Part shown: piece by piece, positions 27,033-40,603 of the stretch | Layout of the letters: every line of letters begins with the position of its first letter | How positions within the stretch are numbered: the first letter of the stretch is position 1 | Assembly (NCBI GenBank): GCA_021613535.1 | Contig: CP075494.1 | Span: 12,152,001 to 12,216,000 of the forward strand | DNA: 64,000 nucleotides | Direction of reading: 5' to 3' | Source: Adineta vaga | Taxonomy: Eukaryota; Animalia; Rotifera | Position numbers and translations under genes: made by a program | The notes under the pieces: model-generated | The model's database searches: none | The model's input: the letters and a program-made list of their open reading frames with translations, nothing else | Told to the model about the DNA's origin: nothing

Positions 27033-30000
27033 ATGAACATTCATCGATCTTCTTCATTAGTATCTCAACAAGCATTTGAAAACGAAGAAGATTCCTTAAC
27101 GTTCAAACAATCACAAATTATTCTACGAATAATGTCATCAAAACATACGATGTTAGCAAAAACGTTTAATTCATTCGGTATCCCACTGAAATCAAATGGT
27201 AGCAAAGCAACGACTGTTATTGCAATTCAGTAAGATTCACATGATATTCTCTGATCAAAATAATCTTACGTAACTCATTCAATTAATTATCTGTTTACTT
27301 ATTGATTATCGAGTAATAGTCGTATTATTTCGTCAGAAAGATGTAATTCAATAGGGAATAAGATGAGAAGAAAGAGTCAATTGTCAATAACAGCATGTGT
27401 TACGATGTTTTAGACAATGTGTCTGTCTTCAATGATGTTAATTGTTAATAAGAATCAACAAATCTTTGATAATCAAAAAAGAAAGAATATCGGATGCAAT
27501 CACTCGCACAGAGGAATATCGAACGATTGAGAAACCTTTAGATGATAATAGACAGATCTGTCTGTTGTTATTCATCGTGTACAGATACTTCTGTCTAATA
27601 TCATTTACGATAGAAATAATAATCGTTTATTTTTATTGTTCAAATGATTAGAATTGACTTTTTAACGAAGAATTCATTTTGAAAATGATATTTTATTTTA
27701 GAGAAACTCGTAAACATGAACAATATGATATGAATTATTTGAACAATCGTTTTGCTTCATATGTTGAACGAGTACGATTTTTAGAAGGTCAAAATCGGAA
27801 ACTTCAACTTGAAATTGAGCAACTACGGTAGAATGTCTTTTTCTTGTCAAATTCTTTTCTTATTGAAAATCATCTTTGTTTAGTTCACAATGGACGTCAC
27901 AAAAGAACAGAATGAAAGACATGTTTGAAGTTGAAATACATGAAGCTCATCATATTATTGATGAAACAGAAAAAGATCGTATTCAAGCTGACCTTCGGGC
28001 AAGACATGCAGAAGAAGAAGTATTACGATTAAAAGACACGTATATACAAAGAACTTAATGATATTATCCTTATCGAAATCTTTGCCGTTATGTTTTAGAT
28101 ATACATCATTAGTTGGAAAAGGCTCCGATCGACGAAAAATCGATCAATTACAAAAACAAATATCCGACAACGAAGCAGATATTAATCTATTTCATCGTCG
28201 TCTACGTAAGATTTTCTTGTCTTTATTCTTAAAATACGATTTTGTTTTTTGTTCTCTTGTCCAGATGATTTAGAAGAAGAACAAAATCGTTATCGAATCA
28301 CTTCTCATAATCTTATTTCGGATATTCAACAAATAACTAAAGAATTAGATAATGAAATAATCACACGAATACAATTAGAAAATCAAAAAGAAAAACTTGA
28401 AGAAGAAATCGAACTTTTAAAACGTCTTCATGCACAAAAAATTGAACAAATTAAACAGATGAGTTTGAGAAATGTATCGATTGATCCAACGAATTTATTT
28501 GAATATCAATTATCCAATGCAATTAAAAGTATTAGAACAGAATATGATCATCGAAATTATCAATTAAGAGACGAATTAGAATCATGGTATCAATGGAAAG
28601 TTTCACAAGCAGTATGAAGAATATCATTTGCATTTTCTTAGTTCATTTTATTCTTCTAGATTCAAGATTTACAATCTTATCAAACGATTGAATATTCAGA
28701 AAATCTTCGTAATCAAGATGAATATCAGAAATTACAATACTTAATAGCAGAATCTCGACAAGATATGGTGACGATGCGTCAAAGAGTAAGTCGAACGGTT
28801 TTCGATGAGGAAAATGTCAAAGAATTGAAATTGATTTTTCTTTTTTAAGAATGGAAATATCGAAAATCGTATTCAAGAATTAGAGAGATTGATTCATGTT
28901 GAACGAGATGGTCAAACTCGAGCTACGGATGAACATCAACGTCAAATAAGAGATTTACGCGCACGTCTCAACGAACTAGATCAAGATTATAATGAATTAA
29001 TTACAACAAAATCATCTCTTCATTCAGAAATTGATGGTTATCAAAAATTACTCGATCGAGGAGATCTAAGGTACGATGCACATGTTCTCGTTTTTCGTAT
29101 TCGAAAGTTTCTCTCATCTTTCGCTAGTAATATAGATTAACGAAAAATTTCTTTTCTTACAACTCATTTTTTAGCAAAAGTCTTTCAAAAATATCAACAA
29201 AAGTTCAAGAACAAGCATCTACTAATTTGTACAGTGATAGATCAAATACTAAGTTGTATCCGCAATACTATCAGAAAGCAAGCAGTGAGCATGGTAAAAC
29301 TTGAGTGATGCATGTGTGCCATTGCACGTGTTTTTTATCGTATCCATTGAATTGCTCTATGAATGTTCGAGATTATACTTTGAATATTTAATTTATATTT
29401 TTAGTTTTAGGAAAGAACTATAGAATCTTAACACCTTATGTACCATTTAAATCAGTAGCATCTACTCAAACAGAATCAACCATATTCGATCAAGTCTATG
29501 GTAATTATCGACGTCCTGTAACAATTAGTTTTCATCTTCCCGCGATGTCTATTGTTGAACAATCATGGTCACAACAATGGAATGGAAATGATATTAATAC
29601 TCGACATTTAAAGACAAGGCCGCGTTTCGAGATGAACAGAGGACGAGGATATCGACAACGTAAATCGATTACACCACCGAGTTCAGACTATACAGATGCA
29701 TATCTATCTGTATTTGCTCCCAAACAAATTCCTCGAAGATCTGCATATCGATTAACGACTCCAATTTTCACAAATGTTGCACCACTTCCATTCGTATCAA
29801 AACGAACAGATTTTTCTAAAGACAATGAATTTCAAACGAGCCAAACTCGTTTTAATCCTATAAGCAATAGTTTATCATGGAATTCATTTGATAAGATTAA
29901 ATCTGATCCTGTTCATTCAACTTCTGCTCCTTCATCAAACTTTTTATCGAATATATCTACACACTATCAATCCGTTTCATCACAATACTCGCCTTCAATT

Positions 30001-33000
30001 GAAAATCAACTATCCAATGCGAATGATTCGCCATCGAAAGAAACAACTTATGTTCAGTCTCAATTATCTCCATCTGTATATCCAATTACGGATCGTTCTT
30101 CATCCCCTTATGAAAATATTGATCAATCGAGACTACCTGCTGATATTATCTCTTCAATACCATCGCAGCAGTCTATGCCATTATCATCAATCCATGATGT
30201 CAATCAAGATGATGCAAGTATAGAAAAATTTGAAAAATCAGAAATACTTTTATTACAACCTGAAGAGAATATTGATTCATCTGACATCGAACAGCCATCA
30301 TCGATTATTATGCCACCAGATGAATCTTTGATAACTCCTATAGACACAAAAACTGAATTAGAACGTTCTTCATCTGTAGAAAATCTGTCAATTGCTGCAG
30401 TTAAACCAATTGAAATTCTTGAAAATACTATTACTAAATATGATACATTAATTAATCAAATCTCAGACATTCTTGCCAGTGTAACACCAATAACTTCAAA
30501 ATTAAGTAATATGAATCCAAACAAGAGTACACTCGATAATGAACTTTCATCAGATAGTTCACTTACTCATCAACGTGAACATACTAAAGCACACAAATTA
30601 CCAGAACCGATTAAAAAACCATGTATACAACGAGCGAACCGAAAAGATATGATTCGTGGTGATTCTTATAGTAAACTTTTTACAGCTATTACAGATCTTG
30701 ATAAGGAAATGACTCCCCCAATGGATGTTTCAAAAGCGTCATCCATTGAACAGATAAAAGAAGAAACTGAACGTGAACTTTTCGATGAAGATCCAACATT
30801 GACGACGTTATTAAACAATAATAAGCAAGCAACAAAGATTGAATTGGTAGGCGAACAACAATTCTCTACAACAGACGAACCCACAAACATTGACAATGAA
30901 ATTTCCGGAAACGAAAATAATGTTATAGAATCTGAAACAAAATTAATCATCGATGTATCAAATAATGACATCATTACGCAGGAAACTGATTCTTTTTATG
31001 ATGACAACAATGTAGGACAGCATGAAACAGTGGCAAATAATGACGATAACGAATGCTTATCCTATCAAAGTCTTAAAGAAGAAGAAGAAGAATACTCAAC
31101 ATTAGAACTAGCAGCACATGTCATCGAAACATCTGTTGCTCACGATCAACAAGTTATCCCAGATCAATCAATAACTGCAGAAATAATTCCTAACGAACCA
31201 CAGACTTTGTTATCGAGTACAGCTGATGTTCAATTTCTTCAGCCGAAAACACAAGCGAAATTTCTTGCGCGACAACTCAAATCTATTAGTTCACTTGAAG
31301 TATCATCAAGTTCATCGGAATATGCTGATCGAAGAACAACTTCTCTGGATTCCAATGACTTTCAAGTTAGTCAAGAAGAACCACTTAATGATACTAAAAA
31401 TTCTTCAAATCTTCAATTTTTATCTCCGACTGATTCCTTTGAAAAAGATACTCTACCTGTTGAAGAACATGTGAATACAACTTCCACTGTTGTTAACGAA
31501 GAAAACAGTATTCAATCTAGTGCGGAGACAGAATTAAATAAAAGTGATATTACCAAACAACTTGTTGACAATATTGGAAATGAAACGATCGTAGCGTCAC
31601 CAGCATTAGTTAAAGTTGTCAGTCCAATTGATAGATTGTCAGATTTAATTAGCAATCGCTATACAAGCAGTGATGTTTACCATGGTTATCTAGGTGAATA
31701 TATTCAATTTAAAGAAGTAAGTAACTATCTCTACGTTTCTAATACACACACAAACACATACATGTATGATATGATTTTTATTAGAATTTACGAGAAATGA
31801 GTCCTGATCATGTTCAACAAACTGTTTTGCTTTCTCTTCGTCAAACTATCTCGACACCTATAATGCCACATCTTGAAACAGTTTCAAGTAATGTAACAAA
31901 TATGCAAATAATGACTCCAATGGAATCAATAACAATTGAAAGTAAAGAAAAAGACGATCATCAAACTCAAACTGGATTGAAAACAATATCAATGACAGAT
32001 TCAACAGAAGAATTGGAGAAGTTTTCGATTCAGCCGAATCGTATGTTAAAAGATAATATTGTTGAGACACAAGAAATCATTCAAAATCCTGTAAAATTCG
32101 AACCAATATTAGAAAATTTGTCTGCAGATAAACAGGAAATTCTAGTGACGCTCACTGCTGAAAAACCGATGTCAATCGAAGATCTGAAGGTAGTTTGTAC
32201 TAACAATCACTAGTAACTTTATGTCTATATTAATTTTTCTAGAAACCACCTACTCCACCCGTCAATAAAATCGAGCCAATACAATTGTTTTCGTTCGAAT
32301 CGATGCAAGATGTTGACAGCATTGAAACTCCATCATCCACAGTGCCGGTAACAGTACGCTGAGAGAATATTCTTTTTACTAAGTCTAAACTTTTAGATTC
32401 TTCTACCTGTCGACAAATTGTCAACAGCTAGTGTTATTCCATCAACGCATACAGATTCTATTAATACATTGGAAACCACCAATATGGATTCTGTATCATC
32501 GAAAGTAATTGAGGACGATATGCATACATCTGTCGATACCTCATCGACTTCGACTAGTCCGGTTATTCAAACTGTTACACAAATATTTGAAACAAGTATT
32601 GTTTCTAATGAGGAAATATCAGAAATTCAATCTTCATTAAATGAAATGATGGTATGTTATGGTCATTGAGTAGACGTTTTTCAATTGTTCAATTTAGGAT
32701 GTCTCTATTGCTGATGAGAAAATGGACGAAATTAAATCATTCGTTGACGATACGACATCTTCCTTCGTTACTGTTGATGAGACTATTAGCAGTGCAGCTA
32801 CTTCTTCTCCTTGTTCTAGTATTATAGAGGATCAACCAGCAATTAAACAAGTAATCTTATTGAAACAGTCTTTGAGCTTAACAACTCTGTTTTACTTAGG
32901 ATTCGGAACCTATCAATAATCAAACTAACATTGGACAAACCACATCAGCCGAATTTATCCAGAATCAATCTTCTCCATCGAACGAAAACCATCAAGTTAT

Positions 33001-35796
33001 AATTTCTGACAAATTGGAATCTTTTACTATGGAAGAACGAATGAGTTCGATAACAACATCTTCTAAAGTATGTATTATTTATTCATTTTATATTGTTTTT
33101 AATCGATTAAATATAGGATTTGTCGGAGAAAAATACCATGCAAATACCTTCATCTGTCATCGATACAGTTATTTTCGAAAAGATCGATGTATTACCAACA
33201 CCAAAAACGGTAAATTAATATTTCTCTCTTCCACCTATATCGTATCTATCTTTTAGAATGCATTAACACTTGCTCTTGAACATCAGCAAGAAAGTTCTGA
33301 AAATGTTGTTCATGTATTAATGGATAATATCGCTCAAATAGTTTCATCACAATTAGAATCAAGTACCGCAACGACTCCAGATCATGCTCTTGCAGAATCT
33401 CTACCATTAGAAGTAATGAATTTCATTTTAATAAATCTAAGTGAATTATCCTTTTCTATTTAGACCAATGATGATGTACTACAATTAGTAAGTTTACTCA
33501 AAACTAATCTCATAGGGGGGAAAAAACTCTTTAATCTTTTCTTTGTAGGTATCAACGGCAAATAAAGATGGAACTATTCTGCCTAAATTAACGGCTGATC
33601 TTCGTGCAATATCTCCAGAAAATACAGAACCTAATTCTTTTGAATTAATTCATGCTTTACGTGGTCATAGTATTGCTTCACCTATTTCACTTGATCAACA
33701 CTTCCTACCACCAGAAAAATCATCAAGTTCAACAACATCATCTCCAATAACCAGTTCAGATCGTTATGTTTCTTATGCAATACATCAAATGAATGACTCA
33801 TCACAAGATCGTTTACCAATTATACCAATAGCAGAAGATATGCCTGACTACGCGAATCGTGAAGAAAAAGTTCTTTTAGAACCATTGCTTGTTGTTCATC
33901 GATCAGCACTAAAAGAAGATGATTTAACTGAATTTGATGCAACAGATAATTTAACTTCATATTCCGATGATATACTGTATCGTCGACTCTATCGTTCATC
34001 TCCAGATCGACGAAATCATTTAGATACAAGTAGTACTGATGATGATGTCGACGAAGAATTCGAAGAACATGATTTAACAAATATTCATCGTATTAGTGAT
34101 AAAGCAACAGACACAAGTAGTAGTATCAGTACAAATGAAGGACGTTATCATCGTTATGATCGAGTCACAACACCCTCAACTCATGAAAGTTCATTATCAC
34201 CTGCAAAACAACAACCTGATGATATTTATCTTATACCAGGATATCCTGGCCTATGGCGAACAACAACAACAACAGGAGCAGCAGATAATGGCGATGAAAA
34301 TTCACCAATCGATTATGATGCAGATGATGAAACAAAAGCAATTATAAAAACTAGGGTGAGTGACAGAACTTCTATTATTAGAACGTAGTATGAACAATCA
34401 TACATGATTAGTATATAATCGAAATGAACCATTCAATTTGAATTAAAATATATACATATGTGTCTCGTCATATGGGGAGGTCCAGACATATTTTGATCAT
34501 TCTTTTCAACCAAGATATTATCTTTTCTAAGTAAACACGTACGCACCATAGACAAAAATAACAATTCAAAGATAAAACCACATGTGTATCGTTCTCCTAT
34601 CTTTCTAGATTGTTTTGCTAAATATAAACTGATCATTCCCATCACATACGTGTCATCTGTCTATCTTGTATATTTAGATTGCAGCGCCCGTCTCTGATTC
34701 TCTACGACGTCCATTATCATTCCAAGCTCATCGCGATCAAACTACAAGTCATCTTCCAACTGAAATATTAACCACTGGTATACCTTTACGATCAGAAATA
34801 CTCGACGTATTTAATCAACCTGTAAATGATTTGACATTTGATATTTCCGAAGCGGATAGTTATCAAACATGTCCATCATCCATAGCTAGACCACCGAAAC
34901 CAATTGAATTGAATGAAAATAAAAAACCTCTAGAAAAAATTCATTCAAGTCCTGAAGAAAGTATTTTTCTAATTTGTGAACGTGAACGTGGAGTATCTTT
35001 ACCTATTACAATGAATATTGATTATGATGATATTGCATTTCGTTTATCAACATCAACACCAAATGATGCACAATTATGTTCGTCCATAGCAACTGATTTT
35101 TCATCAGCATTACCTTCCAAATCAACTCCACCTATTCAAGCAAGTACACCTTCATTAAATAATCCACAAAAATCAACAACTTGGCTAAATAATGTAAATA
35201 CAGTTACAACAACAACCGAAGGATCAGATGGACGTATGTAATTTTTAAACTGTTCCTTTTCGAATGATCAGTATGTTTTGTTTTACTTTCTTAGCACTTC
35301 AATCTCGTGTAACATTTCAAAAGTCTGCCAAAGGTCCCATTAGTATCTCTGAATGTCATTCACAAGGACATTACATCATTGTCGATAATACCAGTCAGTC
35401 AAAAAATATTGATCTTACTAATTGGATAATATGTCAAGAAAACAATACGGGAGAGAAAATACTCTTCACATTTCCTGAATATTGTCTTTTAAAACCAAAT
35501 CATTCAATTAAAGTAAATAATCGGATCTTTTTCAACGATACTTCAATCAATCAATCTATCTCATTTAGATCTTTTCAAAAACATATAAATCTGAACAAAG
35601 AAATGATGATGATCTCATTGCTACGTCTGTGTCAACATGGCATACAGGTTCGCAAATTGTCACAACATTAATCAACCCTGATGGCAAGGTGATTATTAGA
35701 ATTCTTCTATATATACAATAATCTTACTCTTCTTCTTCTTTTTTTTCTTAATTTTAGGAGCGTGCTACATTAACAAAAAAAACAATCTCCCCTTGA
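27033..35796 (+). CDS. Giant intermediate filament protein 3 (~2,270 aa, 22 coding exons): rod + ~1,700-aa S/T/E/D/P-rich region + lamin-tail domain
   Basis: Exons 27033-27229, 27702-27827, 27884-28039, 28099-28205, 28265-28611, 28660-28785, 28850-29070, 29175-29293, 29405-31716, 31785-32189, 32243-32347, 32397-32651, 32698-32850, 32900-33067, 33117-33209, 33257-33412, 33464-33487, 33549-34355, 34678-35233, 35295-35512, 35569-35688 and 35758-35796 join in frame (6810 nt). Motifs: LNNRFASYVERVRFLEGQNRKL, EIDGYQKLLD, and LTD TFQKSAKGPISISEC..GHYIIVDNTS..IDLTNW..FTFP..STWHTG..TTLINPDGKERAT. Confidence 0.85.
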
Positions 35797-36708
35797 GATA
35801 CATTTTCTATTTTTCTTGTTTAGTTACTATGATTTCTTTTTCTTTTTTAAATATACGAACAAAAACTAATGATCTCATTTTGTCTTTCTTATTGTCCTTG
35901 ATCAATATCATCTAAACAACATGTCAATCGAATACATTGATCTCATATTTATAGTAATAGATGATGGAATTTATATCGTAAGATTTAGTTAGATAACAGC
36001 TGCTAAGCAATAAAAAGCGAGAATCTTCCATCGAACAAATATGGACCTAAAGAATTCTTTCTTCGCTCGTGTTTTTTTATTCTTTTCTTAATAATGATTA
36101 TAATCAAACCAATAATTCCGTTTATTTGTGTCTACATTTATAATCAGGATGTAGTAAATACGAAGAATTTGTAAGTGTAAACGAACATTTTTGTTTTACT
36201 TGAAGTTATTAGGACCAAAAAAAACTGAGGTATTGTGAGGTTAATTAAGAATTAAACAAATGATGTCTGTCTTTTCTTGATGACATCCCGTGAAAAACAT
36301 AGTTAATGACCTTAGACTTTCCTATTAAGGATTAAAATAGATTTTGACGTGCTTATATCTGGAAAAAAAGATGGCCTAGATGAATCAATTCTTTCAATCA
36401 ATTCAATGATTATTATAGACGAAGAGAAGAAAAAACCGAATGTCCTTGGATAACAAAATCCTTAAGAAAGACGTTAATCTTATCTTTTGATTAGTTCACT
36501 AAAAAATCAATTGAAATATAAATGTCATCTTTTATTTTTCGATTTAGTTGAATAAAGTAGAATATGTATTATGACATGTACAGGAAAATCAAATCAATCA
36601 ACGACACAACCGGTTCAAAGAGCATGATGAAGGACATCAGATTGTCTGAATAGCACATAATTAATCGTATATTTCATAAACGATTTTTCTCTCTTTCTTT
36701 CTTGCTAA

Positions 36709-37979
36709 TTAAACATGACGTTTTTTATTTATTCCATTGCTTGTTGAAGAATCGAGAGATGTTCGACATCGTAAAAGTTGAACAGTTGTGGTTGATATTC
36801 GTCGTTGACTGGTAGTAATATCACTCATAATTCGTTGTTTTGTTCTTCCAAGATAACGTCGATTGATAGGCAGTTCAACAGTTTCTTTCGTTAAATGCAT
36901 TTTAATTGCTATACTATGAAATAATCGTTTTAATTCATGCCGAAATGCTTTACCCGTAATAGCATAGAGGAAAAAATTTATCTGAAATCGATTAAGTGAT
37001 TTTACTTTTCTTTTTTTTGTTTCGAAGAAAAATAAACTTAACTTACACAGTGGTTTGAATATTGTAAAGTTTCACATAATGGTTTGAGATAAGCTTGTGC
37101 AAATTGACTATTATGTTGTTTATGTATATTCGTATAAAGTTGTAAACAAACCATCGGAAATGAAGTTAATAGAAAGAAAACAGTTACAGCAAGAAGCATT
37201 GTTGTCAATTTTCTTGACATTGAAGTTGACAATTTATTTTTATTTCGATGTCGTTGAGATTGATAAATTTGTAATTTCGATGTTGAGCGACGTGCTTGAA
37301 ATAAACCATGAACTATAATTAGATTAATTGTTAATAAAAATATAAATGGTACCGCTGAATAAACAGCAGCATCAATCCATGGCCAAATACGATGAATAAA
37401 AAATTCATAATGTTCATGAGTTGTACATTCATTTTCTAATGATAAATAATGCGTAAATACGAAATGAATATTGATCATTAAAATGCATACGACAAGTATA
37501 CAAACAGATATTCGAGCACGTTGTACAGTACAAATTGAACTTGCATGTAACGGACGTATGACAGCTATACAACGATCTGCTGACATCATACAAACAATCC
37601 AAACGCTCGTATCCGAAACAGTATAGAATATAAGAGAAAGAAATTTACAAGCATATGTCGATTGTAATAATAATGACCATTTTCGATTAACAAAATAAAT
37701 CCACATAACTGATAGACCAAGAAGTAATACACTTGTATCAGCGATAGCTAATATACCCATATAATAACATGTTGAAAGATGAGACATACGTCGACGTCGC
37801 ATGATAACGAAAATCAAGGTATTACAAATGACACCGGTCAAGACCATACAAGGAAATAGTACAAATGCAATTTGACTAGGAAGGGTTGATGATAATACTG
37901 CTGTTGAGATGGTCGTATCATTGGATTGAATGGTTAAATTAGTATTTGTTAATAAAGAATCTTCCTGATGACTGATCAT
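36709..37979 (-). CDS. Rhodopsin-class orphan peptide-type GPCR (FMRFamide-receptor-like group); intron 36982-37046
   Basis: Seven hydrophobic segments; GVICN (TM1), LAIAD (TM2), MSADRC.AV, YSAVPF, TSFP, YSNHC|INFFLY. Confidence 0.9.
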
Positions 37980-40603
37980 CGAACATAATCTAATAGTTGA
38001 ATTCAAAATTGAAAAGAGAAAATTTCTTTACGAAATTGAATACGTCGTCGATAACAACACCTGGAATAAATCGTACAATTGAAAGATGAATATATCTATC
38101 TCTCAACGAACAAAGACTGAAATGATTATATAAATAAATAAATCGTTGAGAAGAATTCTGCTTTTAAAAACCTAGAAGAGAAGAGAGACAACGAAGGAGC
38201 AATAATACTTCGTCTTAACTTGAGTCATTTGTATCGACAATGTTTGTCTCTTCTTTTTCTTTTTGATTATTCTTATTTTCCTATCTCGGATCAAAAAAAA
38301 CCGAGAAAAGAAGAAACAGAAGAAGAAGAATGTCTCTGTCCGAGACAAATCAAAACAAGGACACATTCTAATCAACGACATGGAATATTCTTATTGTTAT
38401 TCATCGAACCACCTACGAGGTTTATGATATGAAAAAAAAACGAGGAAAAAAGTTCTTAATACACCTAATAATTTCATTTTTCTAAGGTGCATATTAATAT
38501 GTCTCTTTTTCATTAAAACATGAACCATATAAGCAGAAAAGAGAATCATTTCTTTCTCTTTTACTAAAAGAATGTTAATCAAGATCAGCTTCATTTACTC
38601 TTGTTTTCTTCTTCACTTATTTTTGTTTGTTAAGTCGAAGTCTTTTTTTTCATTTGATTCCATATCTGTGCAGATTTCTTTCTCTTACATAGTCAATACT
38701 TATTACCAATATTTTCTTGTCTTCGCGAAAGTTGATCTTTTCTATTCTATGACCTATGATGATCTCTCTCGAGGTATTTTCCTTCTGGGAGATTGTTATT
38801 GGTTGTCAACATATATTTATTTATACATTGATATTCTCAATTATGATGCTGATTTCAAAGATCAGAAAATGATAGGAACAACTGAGTTCTAATAATATCT
38901 CGCTAAGTGAAAAAAAAACGAGAGCATAAACTGTAATTGATCCGAATCAATGTTACTGTTTCATCAACGAAGAAAACTTATGGATCCAATTCATTGAATG
39001 CCTGATGATAGAGAAATTTGTTGGGCTAAGGAAGAAAACATATACACACAATTAAGATGTCTGAGTGGAAGAATCAAACTATTGAACATAATACGACAGA
39101 GACGACAATATTAATTATGAATAAGATGAAAAGAAAGATTGGAATTGTCTTGTCCTATGATGCGTATAAGACGAGACGAAGGACAATGATTCTAACCTCC
39201 ACTATCCCTCCCATTCTTATTACAAATCTTAACAGACTCCTCTGTCTGTCACAGTATGTAGGACGAAGACAAGGTCTCACTTTCTCATCCGAAAATTTGA
39301 CAGTCCTTAATTATCGAATTATGACAATAATATTGATAATTATTCAAGATGACAACGTCTTTTACTGTTGACTCTAGTTGAAACGATGAATGTTCATGTT
39401 CAATTGGTTCATTTCATTGTCTGTGATTTCAGACATTCTTTTCCGTATTAGAAAGAACAAAAAAGTGTATCATATCATGTTGATTTAGAAGTTCTTTGAA
39501 TACTTCTCATAACTTGTTTAATAGCAGAAAGAATCAAACATTCTTTGTTTTCTAAAACGAAACAATTTCGAATATTCTCTACTTTATACATCTATGTGCT
39601 TCGATTCTAGTCAAGATATATAATTCAATCAATGATAAATCATCGGCACTATATCTGATGAAAAGAATCGAGACATTAGACTAGACTAATCAGGATTTTT
39701 ATCTTTCGGAATATCAATTGACGCATACAGAAGAAAAAGTGCTAAGACGAAGATCGATTCTTTTATTATTCGAAAAAAAAGAAGAAGAAGAAGAAGAAGA
39801 ACAAGAGAATATTTCTATCTATACAATAATATCGTTAAGTGATATAACTTCTAATTGATTGTCTCGATGTCAGTGATGATATGTGAAGGTAAATATCCAT
39901 ATACTTAACTAGATTGTTGTTAAGAATGATATGCTTATTCAAACATAAACTAATAAAATCATTCTAAATGAATAAATACCAATTGAATTTTTTAATAGTT
40001 TGATTTTCTTGATAATTCCGTGGATTGCCAAGAGAAAAAAAAACGGAATGTTGGGTACTTCCTTTACTCAATATAAACAACATATATTCGGAAATGAACT
40101 TGAAATATAATTACGATTCATGGAAAATATTCAGTAAGAACTATGATCAAATAAAAGAAATCTAACAAAAATAGGAAAATAAAAAAAAGAGATGTTACTC
40201 AGTAATCTAACTAATCATATAATTACGAATATAGCTTGGTTTAAGTGATCGAATGAGAAATAATATATTTAAAAGCTAATATAATTACTATGTTTTTTTT
40301 CTCTCGATTTTCAGACACATCAGTACTTATTCGTTGGTATGTTTTAGAAGAAAGTTAAATTGAAAATCTTTTTCAAAAACAAAACATTGTTTGGATATTA
40401 CTTTCTTTTGTTATTTTATCTCTCTTCATCAACGTAGTTTATCTATCGTTACATAGCTAACCTTTGAAAGATATTTCTTCTACAATAATGTATTATTTAT
40501 TCTGTTGAAAAATGCCAAGATACGAAATACACGAAAAAAAGTTTTTATGTAAAACAAAGAAAAAAAACGAAGTTCGATTAATTAATCTTTCAAAATAACT
40601 TCT

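Noticed and set aside
35295-35796. Calling IF3 a nuclear lamin
   Set aside because: No C-terminal CaaX and no clear basic NLS after the rod; it shares head motifs with the neighbouring cytoplasmic-type IFs.
36624-36637. 14-nt ATGATGAAGGACAT shared with 16252-16265; box C-like
   Set aside because: Too short, and no convincing box D or terminal stem at snoRNA spacing; compatible with chance.
39000-39030. CTGATGA followed by GAAA (hammerhead-like core)
   Set aside because: No stem II or flanking stems can be formed.
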